The notes below the pieces were generated by a model. The model had not been told where the DNA came from. It made no database searches and saw only the letters and a program-made list of their open reading frames with translations. From the NCBI GenBank assembly GCA_950097015.1, contig CATNEN010000039.1:17360001-17424000 (forward strand): a DNA stretch of 64,000 nt, written 5' to 3'. The position numbers were made by a program, and so were the translations under genes. This DNA comes from Macrostomum hystrix (taxonomy: Eukaryota; Animalia; Platyhelminthes). Positions 1 to 11,400 of this stretch are shown here, piece after piece (the stretch's first letter is position 1; each line of letters starts with the position of its first letter).

Positions 1-222
1 TCAATCCGCAGCCAGCGAGGAGGCAATTCCGCCCACTTCGCTGACTCCTGAGCACACACTCACATAGGGTGTGTGTACATCTGCCCTGACTTTCTCATCG
101 TCAGGCAGCGAAAACTTTCACTGTGCCTTAGAGGTTGGCCCTCAAGGGCGCAAATTAAACGACCGCAATGCGAGTGAATGTGGCCTCGCCGCGGAATCGA
201 GCTCAGGGACCTTGGTGTGAGA
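1..222 (-). mobile_element. tRNA-headed SINE family A, partial copy
   Basis: Reverse complement matches the repeat at 11775-12130 and 62071-62311 (GAGCTCGATTCCGCGGCGAGGCC...CTGACGATGAGAAAGTCAGGGCAGATGTACAC...GCCTCCTCGCTGGCTGCG). A short + strand fragment also lies at ~296-340. Confidence 0.75.
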
Positions 223-467
223 CAATCGCTGTGCCAATTACCCGCCGAAATAAAATTACGCTGATAAGGGGCAACCCAAAGGTAAAGTAATAATGCACAC
301 TGCCTGACAGCGCAGATGTACACACCTGTGTGAGTGTGTGCGCAAGGCCTCCTTGCTGTATGATAATGCCGTATCACAGTTATGTCTAGAATCTAGATAG
401 CAAACCCTGTCATTTCTACTTAAACAAAAGTCACAGTAGTATGTAGAGCAGTCGGGCTGTCCAGAAT

Positions 468-3400
468 TCAGTTAATTTCTGCCCATTCGCGGCTGTCTCG
501 CGGCAGGAAGCTGATTGACTCTACGTGAATAGCATCGGCGGCTTCGACGTCTAGCGGGCACGGATGAAGCTCAACAGCGCAGCGTCTGTCATCGTTGTCA
601 TCTTCGTCATCGTCGGCGCAGAGGCTGACTCTGGCCATGGAAGATACGGCGGCGTCAGCCCGGATGCCGTCAGCCGGCAGCAGGGTGGCGTCGCTCCACG
701 CGACGGCAGAGGTGGCGGCCGCGGCGCCGACAACGACCTCGCCGCATTCATCGCCCTGGCTGGCGCCATCATGAACGCCGCGGCAGTGACGGCAGAGCGC
801 CTTGCATTTGCAGCAGACAATGAATGGCGCGGCTAGCAGGACAAACGGGCTGACAATAACGACTAGCAGTGAGAATCCGAAGAATATTGCGCCCACCTGC
901 ATGGTTTGCGTTCAAACTTGGAGCTCAGTGTTAGTTCATCTACTAGAGTAGAAGCAAAGAAAGCTCTGCTAAAAACGGCCCATTGTAGGGTCGCCCTATT
1001 TGCGCGGATTCGGCTGTAAACTGGCAAACTCATAAATTATCTCATTTAATGATTAAGTTGCTAAGATGCAGTCTAATGGTAGCTATCTGTGGGCGCTGGT
1101 TTGCAAAAAACTCGACATGCAAAGCCATGCTATGTAGCGGTCTAGAGTGTTGAAAAGCTAATAAATTAATAATAGCAATTAATATAATTAATAGCAATAT
1201 GCTCCGCTAAGCTACAGGATGAGTGAGAACTCAGGATTAAAAGACTCAGAACGCTCGCACTCTAAAATACAAGCAAATTCCTGCACAATGGCAGCAAAAT
1301 AGAAACAGGTGCTCGCGCACTGGAGCAGTTACAGCTAGGCAACATACCTGAATGCGGTGCATAATGAGAGAGGCCCGCGAGTGCCCCAGCTTGTACTTGC
1401 ACGGTCCCTGATCGTAGTGCCGCAAGAAGAAGTCGCCCTTTGAAGGCGGGTAGAAAAAAAGAGGGCAGGTAAAAACACAGGGTTAAGGTAAATGGCTAAT
1501 GAAACAGACAGGACACAGACGAGTAGCAAAAATGAAATCCCTCCGCGCCATCTAACAGCTGCAGCAAATGTCAAAGTGAAGTAATCTTTGTCAAAGTCAA
1601 CGATGTAGCGTCATTTTCTTTGTTCTTAAGTAGCGAAACAGCCAAGCCCATCGGTTTTGGAATCCATCCGGCTCTAACACAAAGGTGCCTGAGCTCTATT
1701 CCGCGCATTATTTTCGGGCGCAGCCGCAGAGACAAGGCTTTGAGGCTTGTCGTGCAATTTATGTCAACGTGGGCCAGCCTCCAAGGCACAGTGAGAGTGT
1801 ACACTGCCTGACGATGAGAAAGTCAGGGCAGATGTAGTAATAGTAATACTATTATTACTGATTGCACGAGGGCTGCGGGCATCATGTGGTGACACTGGAC
1901 CCGCAGCCAGCGAGGAGGCAATTCTGCCCATTTTACTGACTCCTGAGCACACACGCACACAGATACTGTACGCAGGCACACACTCACACAATTGTGTACA
2001 TCTGCCCTGACTTTCTCATCGTCCAGGCAGTGTACACTTTCACTGTGCCTTGGAGGTTGGCATTTAATGGCGTAAATTGCACGACAAGCCTCCAAGCCTT
2101 TTCTCCGCGGCTGCGCCCGAAATTAATTTGGCCTCGACGCGGAATCGAGCTCAGGGGCCTTGGTGCGAGAGGCAAACGTGTTAACCGCTCTGGAACTGAC
2201 CTCTTATTTGTTGTTACATTTAATGCGTTTTTAGGCTTCAGTTCAAGTCTAACGCGAGTTTGCCTGGGCTCTCGCGGCCGACGAATAATTTTATGAGCTA
2301 GGTCAGTTTTAATGGTAAAACGGCCCAAATAAGGGCGAAACAGAATCCGAAACGATGCATCGGTGCATGAATATTTTAAAAAATGAATTAAAAAACTGGG
2401 AACATGTTGTCTTTTCTAAATAGGCGTTCAAGAATTTGTTTGGCTGTGAGGATAAGTCCCGTCCTGCTGGTTTATAGGGTACTTCGGTGTTTGTCCGATC
2501 AGGTGCTGAAATATTCGTGGGTGTAGCGGCTTTCCCAGTCCACGGACTGAACAGCTGTACACGCTTAACAGTTGAAAAACCACAGGGGGCATGTCAAATA
2601 CTCGCATTTTTCTTTTTTGTGTATCTCCAAAACATCGGCATCGTCAAGATATTCAACGATCCTCGTCAGGGTGTCTCGGTGGCAAAAGCCACCAATATTT
2701 GCATTTTCGCTTATCTGCTCACAAAATTTCACCATGTAACCATGTAGACTTGTGGACTTTCAAGAAAATAGGTCATTCAGTTTGAGAACTATCGTGAAGT
2801 TGGCAGTGGGTTTTTTAAATACCCCCCGTTGCCTTTCCCCATTTTCGATATCTCTTAACCTCGCTTTTAACCTCCATGTGACTATATTTAACTGTAGACT
2901 TATACATTAGCTTTCGGTCTAAAAATATGAGCCAGACAGAAGTCATAACGGATTGGAGGTAATAACGAATAAATGAAATCGAATGCATTTATAAGAGGCT
3001 TGTTTATATTGGGACATTTTATTTCAGCCTTTTATGTTCGGCTTATTTCTCTTTTTTAACAGATTTTTACTACAAATAACTAACAATTAATTTCCAATGC
3101 CGAATTCAGAAAGCTTTTTTATTACCCTATTTTATATTCCATTTCGGATGGCCGATGTAGACTTCTTTTCGCTGTCTCTTTCCACTCAGTTCGCAATACC
3201 CCACGTTGGGGCTTTAATTGTCTCCAATGACACTTTACTTTGATGGATTAGTAGATAGTAGATTCCAACACAATTTATGTACTTAATGATATGTGTCCTC
3301 TGATTCGTCTGACAATAGTCGCTTTGAAAGCGCTTTGAAAGCCTCCTCGCTGGCTGCGGGTCTAGTGTCACTAAATGGTTTGCACTTGCCCGCAGCCCTC

Positions 3401-4136
3401 CTCTAATTATTGTTATTATTTTATTAGTTATAAAATAACTAATAATGCACTTAAGATATGCACTTACATCTAGCCTGGCCAGACAGTACCAACAGAAGAT
3501 GTGCCGGCACCGTTTGCACATCATCTGGGCGCAGCCGTGGTCTCGTTCAATCGGTATGGCGCACACCGGGCAGCGTTTCACTGGCGCCTCCTGCGGCTGC
3601 GCAAACAGGATGCCCTGGGTGCGGGTCAGCTGCTCGTCGCAGCCGACATCCTGGTGCCACTCTAGCTTGCAGCGGGAGCAGAACACCAGGCCGCAGGTGG
3701 GGCAGGCTACGCGCCAGCCGCGCTCCTGACTCCTCTGGTGTCGTCGCCTGTTCAATGAGAACTTTTTATCGCGCGGAGCTGGCACGCTGAATACTGTCTC
3801 GCAGCCGGCTCGCGGACAGAAGGTTCGTTTCGGATCCATCTCAACTTCCTTGAGGAAGCTCAGGTGCAAATAGCGCCTGTAAAGCTGCGCTGAGCACAAT
3901 GACTCTATCTCGCTAGGCAGCAGTTCGCCAATTCGCGAGCAGGCGCCATCCGGGCAGCTGATGTATCCCACGTTGCCCTCCCAAATGAGCAAAGATACAT
4001 AGCGCTCCATGCACGGCCGGCAGAAAGTGCAGCCACAGTCTTTCAGTCGCATCATGTCAGTCTTGGCTACTTCGTCCATGCACAGCTTGCAGGTGGCCAT
4101 GCTGCTGTTTTTGCGACTAGTCAAGCGCTTGAGCAT
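468..4136 (-). CDS. RNF144: RBR (RING1-IBR-RING2) E3 ubiquitin ligase with C-terminal TM segment, RNF144 family; exons 4136-3468, 1437-1348, 896-468
   Basis: Exon 1 has RING1 (CKLC...CGCTFCRPC...CPDGAC), IBR (FCPRAGC...CPTC..FCSRC..WH) and RING2 ([30 protein letters not shown]). The 90-nt exon read by hand gives [30 protein letters not shown], then [32 protein letters not shown], matching the RNF144[16 protein letters not shown]...TM-CCKCK tail. All introns are GT-AG, phase 0. Confidence 0.93.
1683..1837 (+). mobile_element. SINE family A, truncated copy in RNF144 intron 1
   Basis: GCGCAGCCGC...GGCTTGTCGTGCAATTT...CCTCCAAGGCACAGTGAGAGTGTACACTGCCTGACGATGAGAAAGTCAGGGCAGATGTA. Confidence 0.75.
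1838..2203 (-). mobile_element. SINE family A, near full-length copy (~365 bp)
   Basis: On the minus strand: tRNA-like head (CAGAGCGGTTAACACGTTTGCCTCTCGCACCAAGG, B-box-like GAGCTCGATTCC), conserved body, 3' GCTGCGGG...CCCGCAGC stem and AAT/TAT-rich tail. Confidence 0.8.
3341..3425 (+). mobile_element. SINE family A 3' fragment
   Basis: GCCTCCTCGCTGGCTGCGGGTCTAGTGTCAC...GCCCGCAGCCCTCC followed by an ATT-rich tail. Confidence 0.65.
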
Positions 4137-5411
4137 GCTTGGCTAGTGACTGGCGTTTGTGTCTGAGAGATTAAATAGCCTCTGTCTAAATAGACTCTAT
4201 ATGACTAATAGATATTGGCTGTTATAAGCACAGAAATTCACTCTGCTCCTGATTGTTGGACTTAAAAAAGCGACTAAATATCAGGTACACTAGCTAATTA
4301 TGTTTGAAATAACTAAAACAATAACTAATAATAGCTAAGTTACTAATAAAAACATTCAGCACAAAACATAAGAATAAAAAATTGTTACATTCAATAATAG
4401 CAAATAAATTGGCTTCAGCACAAATCCTAAACCATTTTGACACCATTTTGTGTATTGAATACAATATAGTAAAAAATTTGAAAATTATTGCACAGCAATT
4501 TGTTGTAAAACAACTAAAACAAACTAATATTTACTTATTTAAAAACACTTGCTTAGGGATAAAAACCTTCAATATAGAGCCTAAAAGCACTATTATTGAT
4601 AAGTATATTTGCTAAAAACAGAAAAAATCAAACAGGGGATTAAATAACACACATGCAATCTAGTGCACCATAAATATATATAGCCAGCCACCTTAAAAAG
4701 TTACTTAAAAAATTAAAAGTTAGTCTTTAATAAGATAACTTTTTAACTAAAGTTATAAGAATAATATAAATTGTAATATTTTGCTGAATCACCTGTTTGA
4801 AAATATTTCAATTTTCAGAGCATGTAACCCTTTCTACTTGCTTCAGCTTTTCATTATTAAAATTGTCTTAACTTATAACTTATTAATAACTTATTGTTAA
4901 TATTGCTTATTAAGACGGGAATGAAGTATTTTTTACAGATTGTATCTTGTATCTAGAATGTCTAGTGTAAAGGTTTAAAGGCAAGAAATTGCTGTTTATG
5001 TGAATTCTATGGGCGATGACTAAATTTGGTAAAGCAAGCGAACGTACATTGAAAAACTTATTGTTGATATGCTCTGAACATATCAATATTGTCAAAATAA
5101 AAATATAAGCAAAAGACTAATATAAGAAAGTGCTCCGTTTTATTATTTATAACTGTACTTAAATGCACGTAACACAGACTTTTGTCGCTTTCTACCGTAT
5201 CGATTGTTTTACCTTTTGATTCAGATAATTTGTAGATTTTTAATTTCGCTTTCGTCTTCAGAATTATCGCGCTCATCCGTTACTTCGTCAATTCTTGTGC
5301 ATAGATTTTTTCAAAGCGAGCAATATATCCATAAAGTACCTGTCTTTTAAAACTATTCATAAATAAATATATATATACTTAGAGCAATTAAGCACATACA
5401 AAGTTGTTGCC

Positions 5412-8400
5412 ATGGCAGACTTAGAAGCTGTTTTGGCAGATGTGAGTTACCTGATGGCGATGGAAAAGTCTAAATCAACACCAGCTGCAAGGGCAAGCAA
5501 GAAAATTACTCTTCCGCCAGCCAGGTAAGACTTTTATGCTATATTGACGCTTTTCAACTTCATTTATCCACTTGTAATGTGAAAATTATGTTTTCGACCT
5601 TACATCCATAAAAAACTTTTTCTTTTTTGCTCCTCCTTTCAGCGTTAGAAGCATTATGATGAAGTACTTATCAAAGAAAGGTGAAATTACATTTGATAAG
5701 ATATTTAACCAGCGTCTTGGTTTCCTCCTAATGAAGGAGTTTGTTGAACAACAGCTAGAGGACTACGCTCAAGTGTTCGCATTTTACGAGGAGGTGAAAA
5801 AATTCGAAGACCTTGACTGCGAAGAGATGCGCATCCGTCTTGGCAGGAATATCTACGATTCATTTATCATGCAAGAACTGCTTGCTCACAGTCATCGTTA
5901 CAGTGCCGCCGCAGCTGCGAGTGTGCAGGAGCACCTTACTACTGCTCAGCGGACGAAGTGCTTGCCGCAGGACACATTCCGGCTTTATACGGCAGAAATC
6001 CAGGACCTGCTTCGCCGGGAGGCCTTTGAACCATTTATTGCGTCCGACAAATTCACGAGATTTCTTCAATGGAGAAATTTCGAGCTAAATATAAATGTAA
6101 GCTCTGTTTTTTTCAAAATAACTGAAGCGTTTCTTCATTTTTGGATAATATTATTACGTCTTAAAATATTACTCTGTCCGATTTTCTAATGGCGATTGGC
6201 CTGCAGCTCACGATGAATGACTTCAGCGTTCATCGCATCATTGGCCGCGGCGGCTTCGGCGAGGTCTACGGCTGTCGCAAAGCCGACACGGGCCGGATGT
6301 ACGCCATGAAGTGCCTGGACAAGAAGCGCATCAAAGTGAAGGGTGGCGAGACGCTGGCTCTAAACGAGCGGATCATGCTGTCGCTAGTCAGCACAGGGGA
6401 GGGCTGTCCCTTCATAGTGTGCATGACTTACGCCTTCCAGACCACTGACAAGCTCTGCTTCATCCTGGACCTGATGAACGGCGGCGATCTGCATTATCAC
6501 CTGTCGCAGCACGGCGTATTTCAAGAGCGCGAGGTGAAATTCTACGGCGCTGAGATTGTACTCGGCCTGGAGCACATGCACTCCAGATACGTTGTCTACC
6601 GCGATCTAAAGGTGAGATAATCCTTGCCTGAGCCATTGTCTCGAAGCTCATTTAATAGACAAGGTTCTAATTTGGCTCACGAGGCCGTTAGCAGTAGTAA
6701 TAATATAAAAGCTTGAAGTCAACATAGGTTTTTCTTTGTCACACATCATAACGAGTACCCCTCAATTTGAATAGTCAGGAAAATTTGTTCAGCTAAATTT
6801 GTAATAATCTAGCATGAAAACTCTCGCTACAAAAAAGCAGGTGATGAACTATCATAATTTTCCGAGCCACCTTAAAATGGAAAGAGAACTATAGTTGATT
6901 ACATTATATTGAGAGTTTGCTGTATTATGCTGTACTTACCGAGACGTGCTACCAAAGGTTGCTTAAAAACTACGCTCGTACAACGAAATATGGGTCGTAA
7001 ATGAATGCAAAAGCCCTAGAGGTTTGAAGTTCGAATGCGTACAATCTTCATAGTAAATTTTCAGGTTTGCTCTTAGCCCATCGAGATCGAGTCAGGAAGT
7101 CACGATGAATTTGTTTCATCGGCGCAGCATTTGAGACATTATTTTGAAGGACATAAGCCGAGAATGTTTCCGACGTCCCCGAAATGGAACTAAACCAATC
7201 ATTGGTCTGGGAAGGGGGTTATGAAAAAATGTGGAGATTTTCTAAATTCAGCTCCCGAAGGTAGCGGCTGCACTGACAGCTGCTGAGGTCTCATCTAATC
7301 CGGCCTACTAAAGCTCTGCTGAGGCAGCGAAGGCAAATTATTATTGCATTTATTACTTTTACATTTGCTTGAAACCCCTAGTCTCAAGGGACTTTGCGGA
7401 TTCTGCTACTAGGAGAGGCAGAGAATGAGGTGGGAATTGAGGAATGCCAGGTAGCAGAGAGACTCACCCACTGCCCCCCCGCCGGAGTACTTTTTCTGCA
7501 AGGCGAGTTTTCATACCTCAAGGCCCGCTATAAGAGCCATTTGGATTGGCGGAACCTCCGTGATGGTTGCGTACGGAGCCGCCAAGGCAAAAGCGAGCGA
7601 CTCTCCTACTTGTCTAATTGCGATCGCTCTGCTTGTGTTTCCTTCTAACCACGAAGCGACCCACCCCACCGCCGCTAGCAGACAGCTAAGGATCAGCAGG
7701 GCCGGCACGGCGCGGAGAGAAGAAAATTGAGAACGAATGGCTGAGATGAAGTGATTAGGCGAAGCTGGGGAAGGAACCGACCTCATCGGCGCCTCAGACC
7801 CGTCTGACGAGGGTTGGGAGAAGCCAGGGTTTGAACAGACATGGTCAGGGTGGTTGGGGGGGGTAGAGATTGGCTTGAGCAACTGGCGCACCTACTCGTT
7901 TTCACCGCTGATACAGTATTGAGGGCAAGAGAAGGGGGATAAAAGTCCTACTTTGCTGCGTGTCTTCCTCTCGATTCTCTCTCCCGCTCCGTCTCTCGCT
8001 CGCCAGCGTACAAGAATGCTCAATCAGTGCTCGCATTAGCGGCGCAGCTTACACCACCACCCCCAGCCTGCCAGAGCAAATGCCTCCTGTGTCTCTGGCT
8101 CTTTTCCACCCAATCCGGGCCTCACTCAACTCACTCTCTTTCCCACTCAGTGACTTCAATTCCACTCCCCTCGATTTCAGAGTCGCGAGCTCAGGGTCAA
8201 TGTGGGCGATGAAAGATACGCTTTTCATTATGGAGTAAGCATGGTTGAGGCATGGGGCTCTGAGTCTAGACTCTGGAGAGACAACTCTCCGCCAAATCCT
8301 GATGATGCAGTACTTGGAGAAAAACACTGGTGACTTCCGTATCGTGCAAAGTATTTTGTTTCATTAGAAAGCTGAATAAATTCCCTACATTTTAGCTGAA

Positions 8401-11400
8401 GCGTCTACCATCATCCAGACATGAAGCTTAAAAAAAACTTGTAGCGCTGAAATATTTCTTTTTTTGCGCTTTTTTGAAAAGTTTAACAGATTATCGGATG
8501 GGTTTCGATGATTTCTACAATTTTAGCTTCATTCGATTCGATGCTCGATTCGGAAGTGATCAGTGTTGTTCTCCAAGTACTGCTTCAGAATCTCCTATCT
8601 GCCCAGTGTATTTTCGGTACAGTCAGTCAGCCTACACTGGTCTGGGAAATGAGGGTTTGGCGGGCAGTCGTCTCCTCAGTTTCTAGATTCACCTAGCTCC
8701 ATGGCAGAGGGATGCTGTGCTCGGCACTGGGAACCTCTCTGCATGGGAGCAGCATGCCCCGGCCCTTCCCCAGTTTAGTCATCTTTCTTCCCACTTTCAA
8801 GCTCCTGCTACAGTGGCTGAACTAAAATCTGACTGCCTTGGGCCTACGTATCCAACTGTAGCTAAAGTTGAGCATGCAGTCTTTGCTTGACGACTTGTGC
8901 TACTTTTTTCTCTGCTTAGAAGTCAGCAGAGAGTAAGTGGACAAACTATGATGATGAATACAGAGCAGCTCGTGTAGATTTTTTTCTTGAGAAGGAAGCC
9001 ATTGAAGTTGAGCATTAATGCGTTAAGCTTGGATATTGCATGCCTTACTATCGCAAAATTCAAGTTAGATATTCATTGTAGCTGAGCCTCGCTTGACAAC
9101 ACGCCCCGACTGAGCAGGTCAAACTGCCCTTGGGAATAGGACTGCAAGCCTAGAAAAGCCCGCCTTGACAGCAACCCCTAGACAGCACCCCCTAGAGAAC
9201 ACAACCTAGAGTCCTAGACAATACCTTCTAAACAAACACAACCCTATATAACACCCCTAGAAAACACCCAGAAAACAATACCCTTTAGTTAGATAACATC
9301 CCTTCGACAACAGCCCTAGAAAACACAGCCTAGACAACACCCTTAAATAAACACCCCCTAGATAACAGCCCTAGATAACACCCCTTGAAAGCACCCTTTA
9401 AACAACACCCTCTAGACAACATCCCTTCGACAACACCCCTAGAAAACACAGACTAGACAACACCCTTAAACAAACACCCCCTAGATAACAGCCCTAGATA
9501 ACACCCCTTGAAAGCACCCTTTAAACAACACCCTCTAGACAACATCCCCTAGACAACACCCCCTAGAAAGCACCCCTATTTAACCCCCACTAAACAACAC
9601 CCTCTAGATAACACCCCCTAGACAACACAACTAGACTACACCCCCATTGGCAATACCTCCAAGATAAGACCCCTAGAAAACTACCCCTAAACAGCAGCAT
9701 TTAGACCACGACTTGAGAACACCCCAAGACAACACCCTCTAAACAAACACGCCCTTGATATCAACCCCCTAAACAGCACCCTGTAGCCAACAACTCCTAG
9801 AGTACACCCCAGGACACCCTGTAAACAAACACACTCTAGAAAACACCGATAGAAAACACCCCTTAAACAGCACCCTCTAGACAATATCCCTTAGACAACA
9901 ATCCCTAGCAAACACCACCAATTCAACACCCACTAAACAGCACTCTTAAGACCCCTAAAGAACACCCCAAGACAACATCCAGAAACAAACAACCCCTAGA
10001 CAACACCCCCTAGACAATACCTAGATACGAGCTAACACCGCCGAAAAAACCCCAAGACAACCCCTCTGTTGCCAAGGCCCCCTAACCAACTACCCCATAA
10101 CCAACGCCCTTGCTTTCACCCTTAGGCAATAGAGATTTTAGATTTGCCATGATTCAATAAGCCATTCATTACTAAACAATGCCTCTATAATTTAATGCCC
10201 AAAAGCCATGCGATGCTGCGCAGGCAAAAAATTCACACGGACCGCAGTCATTGTAAACAGTCCATATTTTTTTTCTCCCAATTTCTGTTTACAGGAAGTG
10301 TCGAATAGAACTCGCTGGAGATCCCAAGTCGATTGCGGAGGTGACAGAGAGCTAACCCAGCTACAAACAATGCTAGATTTTCGTTACCTTCTCCCCTCTC
10401 TCCGAGTCCCTGCGGCTGCCCCCCTGCGTGCGAGAATGAGAAATACCCCAGAAGCAGGCTTTCCGTCCGCCAATCGTTGCTATAATTCCCCCGCCGAGCC
10501 CACTGGGAAGTGGGGAACCCCAGGCCTTCTTTTCCCCAGGTCTCTAAGAGCCGCCAACACAGGCGGCAATGAAAATTTGATGAAGATCGAGCGAGGCGGC
10601 GGGTTTCCGCTTGCTATTCGTCACGGCGTCAGCCTTTCATCTTTTGAGCCATGTGCACTTTAGACAGCCAGGCTGCCACCAGGCTTTGCCAGCTAACGCT
10701 TTTATGGGGCTTAATTTTCTTGACTGGAAAGAATTTGATCAAACAGACTTGTGTTCTGTATCGAGCGGAAGAAACGCGTCCATAATGTCCTTTAATATAT
10801 CGATGCTTTCAAAACCTGTGAAATTCGTTTTTTAGTGATAGTACGAAGAAAAACACACGAATCGCAGCAGGAGTCGCAGCAAGAAAAGTTACAGGAAATG
10901 AAGCTAGTATCGAAGTATGACTTTTATCTAGTATTGTAGAAGGAATCGCAGTAGGAATCGCAGCTAGAATCGCATCAAACCAAGCTGATTTTCATCCCGC
11001 CAGCCCGCAAACATCCTGCTCGACGAGAACGGGCACGTGCGCATCAGTGACCTTGGCCTGGCCTGCGATTTCTCGCGCAAGAAGCCTCACGCCAGCGTCG
11101 GCACGCACGGCTACATGGCGCCGGAGGTGCTGCAGAAGGGCGTTGCCTACGACAGCTCGGCGGACTGGTTCAGCCTCGGCTGCGTCCTCTACAAGCTGCT
11201 GTGCGGCCGCAGTCCCTACCGGCAGCAGCAGAGGTCGCGAGATCAGCGCACGCCGGAGACTGACGATCGGCAGGCACTGACGCTGAGCGCCGATCTTGGC
11301 GACTCGGCGTCGCCGGAGGTGCGGAGCCTGCTCGAGGGCCTCCTAGCTCGCCAGGTAGCCAATCGACTGGGTTGCCGGGGCCACGGCGCCGCCGAAGTCC

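Noticed and set aside
8690-9005. Minus-strand frame interrupted only by TAA/TAG, suggesting a ciliate-type code or stop reassignment
   Set aside because: Six stops in ~100 codons is near random expectation, and genuine genes here terminate with TAA.
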